Assembly: GCA_036528635.1 (NCBI GenBank)
Contig: JAIGNE010000043.1
Location: forward strand, 166,622 to 230,621
Length of the DNA: 64,000 nt
DNA from: Deltaproteobacteria bacterium
Lineage (GTDB): Bacteria > Desulfobacterota > Syntrophia > Syntrophales > Smithellaceae
Reading direction: 5' to 3'
Shown here: piece after piece, positions 26,565 through 36,261 of the stretch
Position numbering within the stretch: position 1 is the first letter of the stretch
How the letters are laid out: each line of letters begins with the position of its first letter
Notes under the pieces: generated by a model
The model's input: the letters and a program-made list of their open reading frames with translations, nothing else
The model's database searches: none
Told to the model about the DNA's origin: nothing
Translations under genes and position numbers: made by a program

Positions 26565-28223
26565 TCAGGCAGCCGTGTATATCTTTCTCAGTTCAATTTT
26601 ATTGATTTTCCCGACGCTGGTTTTGGGAAGCGCCTCGACGATCTGCACCCTGTCCGGCACGCCGTACTTCGGGATTTTCCCGCCTTGCGCGCCGTCCAGA
26701 AGAAACTGACGAAGCTCGGTTTCTCTGATTTTGTCTTTAAACGCCGGCTTCAGGACGACCAGCATCATGGGCCTTTCGCCCCATTTGGTATCGGGGATGC
26801 CGATGGCGGCGGATTCCAAGACCGCTTCATGCTGGCTCAGCAAATTTTCCAGATCCAGGGACGATATCCACTCGCCCCCCGTTTTAATCACGTCCTTGAT
26901 CCGGTCGGTCACCTGAAGGTAGCCGTCGGAATTGATGCAGCCGATGTCGCCGGTATGCAGCCAGCCATCCTGCCAGAGTTCCTTCGTCCGTTCGGGATCT
27001 TTGAAATACGTCTCCGTCAGCCACGGCGACCGCACGCAGACTTCGCCGGTGGAAACACCGTCCGGCGCAACTTCCCGCCCGGCTGCGTCAAACAGGCGAA
27101 CGTAAACAAACGGCGCGGGGAGCCCCGTCATAATCAGATTGTCCACCAGTTCCTCCTGCGGCTTCCCCAGCATCCAGTATTTCAGGTTGGCGCGGCAGGT
27201 CAGCGGGCAGGTTTCCGACATGCCGTAAGAGGCGTAGACCTGAATGCCTTTTTTCATGGCGGCCAGCGCGAGGCCCTTGTTGAGGCGCGCGCCGCCGATG
27301 ATGACTTTCCAGCGCGACAGGTCCGCCTTGTCGGCTGCCGGATGGCTTAAGACCATCTGCAAGACGGTGGGTACACAATGGGAGTATGTCACATGTTCCG
27401 TTTCCACAAGCTTGATGATCATCTCCGGCTCGTAACGGCCGGGATAGACCTGCCTGGTTCCCATCAGTGTCGCGCCGTAAGGCACGCCCCACGCGTGCAC
27501 GTGGAACATGGGCGTGAGCGGCATGTAAACATCATTGGAGCGGAAGCGGCAGACGGATTCAAAGGCGCCCTGACTGATCACACCGGACTGCGTGTGCAAA
27601 ACAAGCTGCCGATGCGAAAAATAAACGCCTTTGGGCAGGCCCGTCGTGCCTGTGGTGTAGAAGGTGGTGGCCTTGGTGCGTTCGTCAAAATCCGGAAAGT
27701 CATAAGCCGGGGCGGCGGCATCCTGCATCTCTTCATATTCGGCATCAAAGGGAATTTCCGAAGCGGGCCTGGGCCTATCTTCGGTGATCAGGATGAATTT
27801 CTTTACCGTGGTCAGTTTTTGCCAGAGGGGTTCCAGCAAGGGCACAAAATCGGCGTGGACGATGACAACTTTGTCTTCCGCATGATTCATCGTGTAAAGG
27901 ATCTGTTCCGGGGAAAGCCGCCAGTTCTGGGTGTGCAGAACGGCGCCCATCATGGGTACTGCGAAAAAACATTCCAGGTAACGATGCGAATCATAATCGA
28001 ACATACAGACCGTGTCGCCGAATGTGACGCCCAGCTTCGTAAGAGCACCGGCCAGCCTTTGAATGCGTCCAAAAAAATCCCGATAAGTCATCCGAACCTT
28101 GTCCCGGTAAAGGATTTCCTGATCGGGCGCGTAAACGCGGGGGCTCTCCAGAATATGCTTGATCAGCAGCTGATAATCGTAGCATTCACCGGGAGCATAT
28201 TGTCTTTTGTTTTCCGACTCCAT
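26565..28223 (-). CDS. AMP-dependent acyl-CoA synthetase (fatty-acid--CoA ligase family)
   Basis: AMP-binding motif YTTGTTGLPKGV. 552 aa. Confidence 0.85.
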   Translation of the reverse strand: MESENKRQYAPGECYDYQLLIKHILESPRVYAPDQEILYRDKVRMTYRDFFGRIQRLAGALTKLGVTFGDTVCMFDYDSHRYLECFFAVPMMGAVLHTQNWRLSPEQILYTMNHAEDKVVIVHADFVPLLEPLWQKLTTVKKFILITEDRPRPASEIPFDAEYEEMQDAAAPAYDFPDFDERTKATTFYTTGTTGLPKGVYFSHRQLVLHTQSGVISQGAFESVCRFRSNDVYMPLTPMFHVHAWGVPYGATLMGTRQVYPGRYEPEMIIKLVETEHVTYSHCVPTVLQMVLSHPAADKADLSRWKVIIGGARLNKGLALAAMKKGIQVYASYGMSETCPLTCRANLKYWMLGKPQEELVDNLIMTGLPAPFVYVRLFDAAGREVAPDGVSTGEVCVRSPWLTETYFKDPERTKELWQDGWLHTGDIGCINSDGYLQVTDRIKDVIKTGGEWISSLDLENLLSQHEAVLESAAIGIPDTKWGERPMMLVVLKPAFKDKIRETELRQFLLDGAQGGKIPKYGVPDRVQIVEALPKTSVGKINKIELRKIYTAA

Positions 28224-28330
28224 CGATCATTTCCTTTGAGCCCGAATGCTGAATTCAACAGGGTCACTCTACAAAAATAAAAGGCTGCGGCGCTCAAAAA
28301 AATTAAACGCCGCAGCCCGGATTGCGAATC

Positions 28331-29410
28331 TTAGACTAACTTCAGATAATTTTTGACCAGATACTCCGCGGTTTGCAGAGCGCCCTTGGCCGCGCCCAGC
28401 TTGGTGTTATGGGCCAGGCAGACGTATTTGATCCCGTTTTCAATAATCGGATCCTTGCGGATGCGCCCGACGGTGACGGTCATGCCGCCGCCTTTGTCAC
28501 GGTCCACGCGCGGCTGCGGGCGGAACGGATCATCGGTAACGTCGATCAGATGCGCGGGTGAACTGGGCAGATGCAGTTCGGCAAAGTCTTTGCCGTACTC
28601 CACCATCACTCGTTTCACGTCTTCCGGTGTACAGGGTTTTTCAGTCTGCACAAATGCGCAGACCAGATGCCCGTCGAGTACCGGCACGCGGTTGCAGGCG
28701 GCGGTGATGCCGAATTTCGCATCCTGAATGGCGCTGCCGGTAAATTTCCCCAAAATTTTCTGCGGTTCGGTTTCGACCTTTGGTTCTTCGCCGGATATAT
28801 AAGGAACAACATTTTCCATCATATCCATGGCCGAAAGCCCGGGGGTACGGCCTGCACCGGACATGGCCTGGAGCGAGGTCATCATGACCTGCTTCACGCC
28901 GAAGTTGTCCAGAATCGGTTTGAGCGAAACGACCAGCCCGGCGATGGTGCAGTTGGATTTGGGGGAAATGAACCCTTTCCAGCCGCGATTTTTTTGCTGA
29001 ACGGCCAGGAGCGCCGCGTGATCCATGTTGACGCCGCCCACGAGAATGGGGGTGTCGGATTCATAGCGGAACGCCGAGGCGGTGCTGATGACCGGGGTCG
29101 TCTTCGCGTATTTCGGCTCCAGCTCTTTGGCGGGTCCGGTATCCATAGTCGAAAAAATGATATCCACGGATGTCGGATCGAAGCTGGCTGCTTCTTCGAC
29201 CACCATATTGGCGATGTCTTCTGGCAATTCTTCGTTGCACCACCAGCGGATGGAACCGTTGGCGTCCCTGAGGGCGTCGACGTATTTCTTATCAGCCGAG
29301 CGCTCCGAGGCAACCAGTTTGGTAATTTTAAACCAGGGATGTCCGAGCAAGCTGACGATCGCCTGCTGACCGACGATGCCGGTCGCGCCCACAATGGCAA
29401 TTTTTAACAT
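28331..29410 (-). CDS. asd: aspartate-semialdehyde dehydrogenase (archaeal/fungal-type)
   Basis: N-terminal Rossmann motif IAIVGATGIVGQ and active-site Cys in SNCTIAGLV. About 359 aa, typical of the non-E. coli-type Asd subfamily. Confidence 0.75.
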   Translation of the reverse strand: MLKIAIVGATGIVGQQAIVSLLGHPWFKITKLVASERSADKKYVDALRDANGSIRWWCNEELPEDIANMVVEEAASFDPTSVDIIFSTMDTGPAKELEPKYAKTTPVISTASAFRYESDTPILVGGVNMDHAALLAVQQKNRGWKGFISPKSNCTIAGLVVSLKPILDNFGVKQVMMTSLQAMSGAGRTPGLSAMDMMENVVPYISGEEPKVETEPQKILGKFTGSAIQDAKFGITAACNRVPVLDGHLVCAFVQTEKPCTPEDVKRVMVEYGKDFAELHLPSSPAHLIDVTDDPFRPQPRVDRDKGGGMTVTVGRIRKDPIIENGIKYVCLAHNTKLGAAKGALQTAEYLVKNYLKLV

Positions 29411-29429
29411 ACGATGTTTCCTCCAAAAT

Positions 29430-30392
29430 TTATTTATTCAGTTTTAGAATTTCTTTTGTCTTCTCCACGTCCGCCGCAATCTGGCGCTTCAAGCTTTCGG
29501 GACCGTCAAATTTGACAACGTCCCGCAGCTTCTCCACAAAAAGCACATTTATTTTTTGTCCGCGCAGGTTGCCCTCATAGTCCAGGAGAAATACCTCAAA
29601 CGTGGATGTGTAATCTTCAAACGTCGGTTTTACGCCGATGCTGAGCGCCGCCATATATTGCCGGCCATCGAAATCAACATAGGCCGCATAGATGCCCGAA
29701 GGCGGCAGCAATGCTTTTTCCGGCTCGACGTTGGCCGTAGGATAACCCAGACCCGCGCCCCGACCCGCACCGCTTCCCACCATCCCGGCGGCATTATAGT
29801 ATCGCCCCAGCAACCGGCTGGCCGTGCGGACATCGCCCTCCAGGATGTAATTGCGGATCAGCGTGCTGCTGACAATGTCCCCATCAATCTTGAACGCTTC
29901 AATGACTTCCACGGAAAACCCGCATTCCCGTCCCTCGGCGATCAGATAAGCATCATTGCCCTGTCTGGCCTGGCCAAAGACATAATCGTGCCCGATGATA
30001 ATCTTTGTGATGGCAATTTGATCACAGAGAAACCCCCGCACAAACTGCTCGGCGGTGGTCTTGGAATACGCCATATCAAACTTGATAATCACCGTTGCAT
30101 CCGCGCCGCATTGCTCAAGCAAAGCCATCTTTTCCGATCGGGTGGTAATGAGGTAAAAGGGATGGATATTCGGATGGAGGATCATCTTCGGATGCGGATC
30201 AAAGGTGATCACCAGTGATTTTTTCCCTGCCGCTTTTGCCTCGGCGGCCAGTTTGCGGCAAATATGCTGGTGGCTTAAATGCACGCCGTCAAAATTCCCG
30301 ATGGTGACAAACGCCCCCCGAAAATCCTCTGTTATCGCTTTAATTCCTTCAAAAACAATCATAATTCCTTTTCCACCACTTAAGTCGGTCAA
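29430..30392 (-). CDS. ribF: bifunctional riboflavin kinase / FAD synthetase
   Basis: N-terminal nucleotidyltransferase motif TIGNFDGVHLSHQ and C-terminal riboflavin kinase domain. The true start may be the internal MIVFEG. Confidence 0.85.
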   Translation of the reverse strand: MTDLSGGKGIMIVFEGIKAITEDFRGAFVTIGNFDGVHLSHQHICRKLAAEAKAAGKKSLVITFDPHPKMILHPNIHPFYLITTRSEKMALLEQCGADATVIIKFDMAYSKTTAEQFVRGFLCDQIAITKIIIGHDYVFGQARQGNDAYLIAEGRECGFSVEVIEAFKIDGDIVSSTLIRNYILEGDVRTASRLLGRYYNAAGMVGSGAGRGAGLGYPTANVEPEKALLPPSGIYAAYVDFDGRQYMAALSIGVKPTFEDYTSTFEVFLLDYEGNLRGQKINVLFVEKLRDVVKFDGPESLKRQIAADVEKTKEILKLNK

Positions 30393-30478
30393 GGTTGCAA
30401 CATAGCATTTCGTGTATTAAATTCAAGCTCATTTTAACTTGACAAGAGCCCCGGGTTCAGTATAGTCACTTCTCGCGT

Positions 30479-30565
30479 GCCGAAGTGGCGGAATTGGTAG
30501 ACGCGCTAGGTTCAGGGTCTAGTGAGCGTACGCTTGTCCGGGTTCAAATCCCGGCTTCGGCACCA
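30479..30565 (+). tRNA. tRNA-Leu (anticodon CAG), CCA encoded
   Basis: GCCGAAG acceptor stem paired with CTTCGGC. D-arm GCGGAATTGGTAGACGC. Anticodon loop TTCAGGG. Long variable arm. T-arm CCGGGTTCAAATCCCGG. 3' ACCA. Confidence 0.9.
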
Positions 30566-30652
30566 TTTATTCTTCAAATCAATCTAAAACGTTAACCATT
30601 TCAAAACCGCTCTTGTTCATTGAAAAACAGTGTCGGGAGGTATGTACACACC

Positions 30653-31234
30653 ATGACAACTCTGGAAATAGTCTATATTGCTTGCTTTATTTTGGGCCTG
30701 GCCTATGCTGTCTTTGCATCCATCCTGGGTGGCGGCCATGAAGGAGCGGGTGACGTGGGTCTCGATGCCGCCCATGATGTCACGGGACATGTGGATACCA
30801 GCCCGGATGCAACCTCCGGTTCCATTCATTTTTCGCCGCTCAGCCCCGTTGTGATCGCCATGTTTGTAACGGCGTTTGGCGCAGCCGGCATGATCTGTCT
30901 GAAAGTGTTCAATTTTTCGGGTGTGGCCAGCCTGCCCATAGCCGTCATTGCCGGCCTGGCTATGGCGGTCGTCACCTTTTATATTTTTGTCATGCTATTC
31001 AGTAAAACCCAGGGAAGCAGTGAATCTCAAATTGCAGCCATGGTAGGCTGCGAAGCGGAAGTGATTACGCCAATTCCGACAGGCGGTGTGGGAGAAATCG
31101 CCTACGTTTCCAAAGGTTCACGGTACACGGCGCCGGCGCGGTCCATCGGAAATAGTGAAATCAAGGCGCACAGCGCCGTGCGGATTGATAAAATTGTCGG
31201 CAACACTTTTTTTGTCAAACCTTCAGAGCAGTAA
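30653..31234 (+). CDS. NfeD-like membrane protein (OB-fold, flotillin-associated)
   Basis: N-terminal TM helices and a C-terminal beta-rich domain. Lies directly upstream of the flotillin gene, the conserved nfeD-floT operon arrangement. The ATG at 30653 is preceded by GGGAGG; the track ORF begins at 30620. Confidence 0.7.
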   Translation: MTTLEIVYIACFILGLAYAVFASILGGGHEGAGDVGLDAAHDVTGHVDTSPDATSGSIHFSPLSPVVIAMFVTAFGAAGMICLKVFNFSGVASLPIAVIAGLAMAVVTFYIFVMLFSKTQGSSESQIAAMVGCEAEVITPIPTGGVGEIAYVSKGSRYTAPARSIGNSEIKAHSAVRIDKIVGNTFFVKPSEQ

Positions 31235-31271
31235 ATAAATTCGAATCATCGTTTTCATTAAGGAGGATCAC

Positions 31272-32729
31272 ATGGATTTGCTCATCAGTTACGGCTGGAT
31301 TGCAATGGGCGTTATTGCTGTCGTTATCGTTTTAATCCTGCTCTTGAAAATGTACGCCAACCGCTATACGAAGGTCGGCCCGAATGAAGTTCTGGTGGTA
31401 TCAGGTTTAAACCGGAAGATACCGAGCGGGCAGACCGTGGGCTTCCGCCTGGTCAAGGGTGGCGGAACGTTCGTCTGGCCGATCTTTGAAAAAGTCGATT
31501 TTCTATCCCTGGAGCTGATGACACTGGATGTTCGCCTCAAGGAAGTTTACACGGTTACCGGCGTTTCGATTAATGTTGACGGTGTCGCCCAGGTAAAAAT
31601 TAAAGGTGAAGATCAGGCAATCCGCACGGCGGCCGAACGTTTCCTGGGACGGACGGAAGATCAGATTAAAAGCATTGCTTTGCAGACGGTTGAAGGCCAT
31701 TTGCGGGCCATCGTCGGTACGTTAAGCGTTGAAGACATCTATAAAAATCGCGACGTGTTCGCGCAGAAAGTTCAGGAAGTGTCCGCCGGTGATCTGGCCA
31801 ATATGGGTTTGGGCATCGATTCATTTACGGTTCGCGATATCCGGGATGATCATGGATACCTCGATGCATTGGGAAAACCGCGCGTTGCCCAGGTAAAGCG
31901 CGACGCCATTATCGCTCAGGCGGATGCCGATCGCGACGCACTGATCCGCAGTTCTCAAGCCAATCAGGCCGGGCAGGAAGCCAAATTTGACGCCGACACG
32001 AAGATTGCCGAAGCCAATCAGAACTTTGAAGTGAAAAAAGCCGCGTACCAGATCAATATCAATCAGAAGAAAGCGGAATCCGACCTGGCCTACGACCTCC
32101 AGAAGTATAAGACGAATCAGGCCGTCAAGGCGGAGGAAGTCCAGGTTATGGTGGTGGAAAAGGAACGCATGATTGACGTGCAGGAAAAAGAAATCATGCG
32201 CCGGCAGAAAGAACTGGAAGCTACCATTTCCAAACCCGCGGATGCGGAAAAATATAGAATTGAAACCCTGGCCAATGCCGAGCGTTATAAAGCGATGACG
32301 GAGGCGGAAGGTCATGCCAATGCCACCAAGAGCATCGGTATCGGAGAGGCGGAAGCCAATCGCGCCCGGGGTCTGGCGCAAGCCAATGTCATTCTGGCAA
32401 CCGGTACATCGGAGGCAGAAGCCATGGCCAAGAAAGCCGAATCATGGAAAGCTTATAACCAGGCGGCGGTCACGCAATTAATCATCGAAAAATTACCGGA
32501 ATTGGCGCGCGCTATTGCCGAGCCGCTGGCTAAAACAGAGAAGATCATCGTGATTAACCAGGGCGGCGATTCCGCCGGCGCGTCAAAAATCACGAAGGAC
32601 GTGACGAACATCATCGCGCAGCTGCCGCCGGTGATTGAAGCATTGAGTGGCATTAGAATTGAGGATCTTGTCGCGAAGCTGCCGAAGATAACCGGTACGG
32701 ATACGGAAAAAATCAAAAAAGAGGACTAA
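31272..32729 (+). CDS. flotillin (SPFH/band-7 domain protein, FloT/YuaG-like)
   Basis: N-terminal TM anchor, SPFH domain and a long EA-rich coiled-coil C-terminus. 485 aa. Confidence 0.9.
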   Translation: MDLLISYGWIAMGVIAVVIVLILLLKMYANRYTKVGPNEVLVVSGLNRKIPSGQTVGFRLVKGGGTFVWPIFEKVDFLSLELMTLDVRLKEVYTVTGVSINVDGVAQVKIKGEDQAIRTAAERFLGRTEDQIKSIALQTVEGHLRAIVGTLSVEDIYKNRDVFAQKVQEVSAGDLANMGLGIDSFTVRDIRDDHGYLDALGKPRVAQVKRDAIIAQADADRDALIRSSQANQAGQEAKFDADTKIAEANQNFEVKKAAYQININQKKAESDLAYDLQKYKTNQAVKAEEVQVMVVEKERMIDVQEKEIMRRQKELEATISKPADAEKYRIETLANAERYKAMTEAEGHANATKSIGIGEAEANRARGLAQANVILATGTSEAEAMAKKAESWKAYNQAAVTQLIIEKLPELARAIAEPLAKTEKIIVINQGGDSAGASKITKDVTNIIAQLPPVIEALSGIRIEDLVAKLPKITGTDTEKIKKED

Positions 32730-32806
32730 AACCTTTATCACTTTTCATTGCGTTCATCGGCGGAGGCCTTCATCACCGCCGATGAACGTTTTTTATTTGT
32801 GCGCTG

Positions 32807-33427
32807 CTATTTTTCAAGCCCTTCCAGGAATCGATCAACGATCTCGCTGTAGAGAGAATGGTATTCATTTTTTGCGAGGATGGTCTTCTGCAATTTCTTC
32901 AGTTGAATCATGCCATTGAAGGCGCCCCAGAGGATGATTGCCTGCCTTTTCGGGTCAACGGCTTTGAAATTTCCTGCGTCGATGCCTTCACGGATGGCCG
33001 CAGTCAGCATGGCAATGCTGGCATCGCCGTGCTTATCGATTTCGTTTTTCAACTTCGGCGGGAAGATGGTTGCGGGCGAGGTTAAAAAGTAATTAATGAT
33101 ATCGAAATAATTCTTGTGATCTTCACTGAATTGCAGATATGCCGCGGCAATCGCCCGGATCTTCTTTTCCGGTGACACTTTTTTATGAACAGCCTGTTCG
33201 ATGGCCCCGTGAAGCAATTCGAGTCCTTCCAGCTGAAGAGACGCAAAAAGCTCTTCCTTATCTTTAAAATAGAAATAAATTGCCCCCACGCTCAACTCGG
33301 AGCGTTTGGCAATCTGATTGATGGAGGTGGCATTCATCCCCTTCTCCAGAAGAAGCTCCCTGGCCGTATCCAGGATATGGCTCTTGCGCTGCTCTTTTTC
33401 TCTTTCGCGTCTTTCCTTTGCACCCAT
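32807..33427 (-). CDS. TetR/AcrR family transcriptional regulator
   Basis: N-terminal HTH ILDTARELLLEKGMNATSINQIAKRSELSVGAIYFYFKDKEEL. 206 aa. Confidence 0.85.
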   Translation of the reverse strand: MGAKERREREKEQRKSHILDTARELLLEKGMNATSINQIAKRSELSVGAIYFYFKDKEELFASLQLEGLELLHGAIEQAVHKKVSPEKKIRAIAAAYLQFSEDHKNYFDIINYFLTSPATIFPPKLKNEIDKHGDASIAMLTAAIREGIDAGNFKAVDPKRQAIILWGAFNGMIQLKKLQKTILAKNEYHSLYSEIVDRFLEGLEK

Positions 33428-33503
33428 AAACTTTGAATCCTTCGGCTGTTTTTTACCTTTCCGAGATATTTTGTCCGGTTCCTATCATCTGATGCTCATT
33501 AAA

Positions 33504-33782
33504 TCAAAGATTCTTCGCAGCGACATCGTCGCGAACGGCACCCCGGCCGGCCCGATGGACTACCACGTCGAACCACGGTTTCTGTTTTTTGAAAGGGCAC
33601 CAGGCAGATCTGCAATAGCGAATCGGATCTTCGGGAGGAATTTTCATGTCCGGAGACAGACCTTCCCGGTGATTCCTGACCCACTTTCGGGCTTCCTCTT
33701 CCGAATCCGCGTATCCGGCATGATAGATCGTCCGGCCGCGGCAGTGGATAAATCCGTAAATCAATTCATATTGTTCCGGCAT
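33504..33782 (-). CDS. hypothetical small protein
   Basis: 92-aa ORF from ATG 33782 (MPEQYELIYGFIHCRGR...), 13 nt after the ADH stop, with a GAGAGG SD. Co-oriented with neighbours. No homology is recognisable. Confidence 0.3.
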   Translation of the reverse strand: MPEQYELIYGFIHCRGRTIYHAGYADSEEEARKWVRNHREGLSPDMKIPPEDPIRYCRSAWCPFKKQKPWFDVVVHRAGRGAVRDDVAAKNL

Positions 33783-33793
33783 TCGTCCGCCTC

Positions 33794-34816
33794 TCAAAAC
33801 TCCTCGCCGATCCGCAGCAGGACTTTTATCGCGAGCCCCGTGTCGATCCTTTCCCGGTAAACATCCGGGAGGCGCGTAAGCGGTTCATAATCAGAAATCA
33901 ACGGCCGCGCGTCGATCTTCCCCTCGGCCATCCATTGCAGGCATTGGATATTCTCCTCATGCGTATTGGAGTTGGATGCCGTGACGCGGATTTCCTTGAG
34001 ATTGATGAGGAAAGGCGCGGCGATTTCCAGAGGCGAAAAGATCATGCTCACGATACAAATCTCGCCATTATCTGCCGCGAGCAGGATCGCGCGGTCGATA
34101 TTCTGTTTTACACCCGAACATTCAAATGTTTTATTAAACCCGCCGGGAGCGACCGCCATGGCTTGCTGATCCGCATCCTTTTCCAGGGGATCAAAGGCAT
34201 GGTCGGCTCCATAAAGGAGAGCGATCTTCCGCTTTGCCCGGACCGGTTCGTAGAGAACAATCGGGCCATAGCCAAGAATTTTAAGGAGACGCACGGTGCA
34301 AAGGCCGATCGGTCCGCCTCCCATGACCAGCGCCGAGCCCTTCCGGTCGCTTGTGCAATGGATGCCGTGCAGGGCCGCCGCAAAAGTTTCCGCAAGTGCC
34401 GCATTACGGGAATCAACTCCTTCGGGGATGGGGATCAGCATCTGCGGATAGACTTTAACGTACTCGGCAAATCCGCCCTGAAGATCGCCGATGCCTGTGG
34501 TGCGCCTGTGAATCCGGCAAAGGTGCGGCCGACCGGACTGACAGTTGAGGCATGCGCCGCAGTATGTGGGGCGGATGCAGACTCTGGTGCCTATCGGTGG
34601 GCCTTGTGCCTGGGCACCTTTTTCGATGATTACCCCGCTGATTTCATGTCCCAGAATACAGCCATCGGCCAGATGTCCGCCCGCCACCAGCGAGTGATCG
34701 GAGCCGCAGAAACCCGTGTTGGCAACTTTGACCAGCACCTCGTCGCCGGCTATTTGATAGTCGGGGACATCTTCATAAACCAGCCCCCTGTCTTTGCGAT
34801 ATACAACAGCTTTCAT
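33794..34816 (-). CDS. zinc-dependent alcohol/polyol dehydrogenase (MDR family, threonine/sorbitol/butanediol dehydrogenase-like)
   Basis: GFCGSDHS zinc-binding motif, a structural-zinc Cys cluster CGACLNCQSGRPHLC and a Rossmann motif GGGPIGL. 340 aa. Confidence 0.85.
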   Translation of the reverse strand: MKAVVYRKDRGLVYEDVPDYQIAGDEVLVKVANTGFCGSDHSLVAGGHLADGCILGHEISGVIIEKGAQAQGPPIGTRVCIRPTYCGACLNCQSGRPHLCRIHRRTTGIGDLQGGFAEYVKVYPQMLIPIPEGVDSRNAALAETFAAALHGIHCTSDRKGSALVMGGGPIGLCTVRLLKILGYGPIVLYEPVRAKRKIALLYGADHAFDPLEKDADQQAMAVAPGGFNKTFECSGVKQNIDRAILLAADNGEICIVSMIFSPLEIAAPFLINLKEIRVTASNSNTHEENIQCLQWMAEGKIDARPLISDYEPLTRLPDVYRERIDTGLAIKVLLRIGEEF

Positions 34817-34837
34817 AACTTATCTCTTTCCTTCATC

Positions 34838-34884
34838 GTAGGGAACGGCTGCGTGACCTATAGGTTATCGCGACCGTTTCCTAC
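34838..34884. repeat. REP-like palindromic element (same family as 9958-9985), composite copy
   Basis: GTAGGGAACGGC and GCGACCGTTTCCTAC arms flank an inner perfect palindrome ACCTATAGGT. Lies in the 73-nt spacer between the MFS stop and the ADH start. Confidence 0.6.
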
Positions 34885-34889
34885 CCGGT

Positions 34890-36188
34890 CTAATCCTCGC
34901 ATTCCAGCGTAATCTTTTCCACCTTGCTCAGATCACTTTTGTAAAAGAAGGATCCGGCAAAAAACAACAGAGCCGAGGCCACCAGGAAAACGGGCAGGAT
35001 CGACATGGCCACCTGGATGCCGTACATATCTGATATCTTGCCGATCACGATGGGCGCCAGGGAGGCGCCGAAGAGATTCTGAACGACAACACAGACCGAG
35101 TAGGAAGTCGCTCGAAGACCGGGGTGAATCACTTCTTGTGTGGCGGTAATAGCCGCCGGGGCAAACGCGGATGCCAGGATGCCCATTCCGATCAGAGTCA
35201 GATATTGCGCCTGTCCATGAAGGAAGGAAATAGCCGTAAAGATGAAGATGGCGTTCAAACCTGTCGTAATCGCGGGAAACAGCAGCCGGGCTGTCGACCG
35301 TTTTTTGAACCACATATCGGCCAGCCATCCTCCCAGGGGCAGGCCGATGAGCGCGAGGATCATGAGCACACTCGTTTTCATGCCCGCCTCGCTGATGGAG
35401 ACGCCTGTCGTACGGTGGAAATAAGTGGGCAGCCAGAAGATAATCGCGTTGTTGGCGAAGATGCAGCCGATAAACCCGAGATTAGTAAAAATCAATGAAG
35501 GGGTATGGATAAATTCGCGGAAGATATCCATCTTCGTCATTTTCACCCGGTTTGGGCCGGTCTTGCAGGATTCATCTGTTTTGACGAGCTCGACGGTTTT
35601 ATAGTCCTTGACGAAGAAAAAGAGGATGGCCACAATCGCCCCGGGAATAGCCACCAGGCCGAAGGCATGCCGCCAGCCCCAATGCGTGGCGATGAAACCG
35701 CCGAGGCCGATGCCGACGGCGATGCCCAGTGGAATGGAAATATTCCAGAGGCCCATCATTCGGGAACGTTTTTCCGGAGGAAACAAACCGGAAAGCATGG
35801 CCGTTCCGGCAGGGGCGTATCCGGCCTCACCGATTCCGATGGCGGAGCGGGCCGCGAGCAGCTGGGGGAAAGTTTTCGTGAAAGCGCAGGCGACCGTCGC
35901 GGCAGTCCAGAGCAGGGCCATGACACCGATCGTCTTTTTCCGGCTCCAGCGGTCCACGAGGATCGAAACGGGAAAGACAAAAACAACGATCGACCAGTAG
36001 ACAACCGACATGAGCAGACCGGACTGCGTGTCCGTCAGGCCCCATTCTTTTTGAATGAAGGGGGCCAGCGATGTCACGATCGTCCGATCCACGTAATCAA
36101 AGAAATACAGCAGGAAAAGCAGCGTAAAGATGTAGTAAGCGCTTCTCGTTGAAAGCTTGTATTCCCTGGGGGCAGTCACGTTATTCAT
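34890..36188 (-). CDS. MFS transporter
   Basis: 12 predicted TM helices. The MFS signature region GVMALLWTAATVACAF....LLAARSAIGIGEAG is present. 432 aa. Confidence 0.85.
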   Translation of the reverse strand: MNNVTAPREYKLSTRSAYYIFTLLFLLYFFDYVDRTIVTSLAPFIQKEWGLTDTQSGLLMSVVYWSIVVFVFPVSILVDRWSRKKTIGVMALLWTAATVACAFTKTFPQLLAARSAIGIGEAGYAPAGTAMLSGLFPPEKRSRMMGLWNISIPLGIAVGIGLGGFIATHWGWRHAFGLVAIPGAIVAILFFFVKDYKTVELVKTDESCKTGPNRVKMTKMDIFREFIHTPSLIFTNLGFIGCIFANNAIIFWLPTYFHRTTGVSISEAGMKTSVLMILALIGLPLGGWLADMWFKKRSTARLLFPAITTGLNAIFIFTAISFLHGQAQYLTLIGMGILASAFAPAAITATQEVIHPGLRATSYSVCVVVQNLFGASLAPIVIGKISDMYGIQVAMSILPVFLVASALLFFAGSFFYKSDLSKVEKITLECED

Positions 36189-36261
36189 AGGAACTCCTTA
36201 TCTCGTTTGAAAGGTTCAACTTGTGGGGCCGTTCCTTAAAGCGGCGACAGAAAATTGTTCC

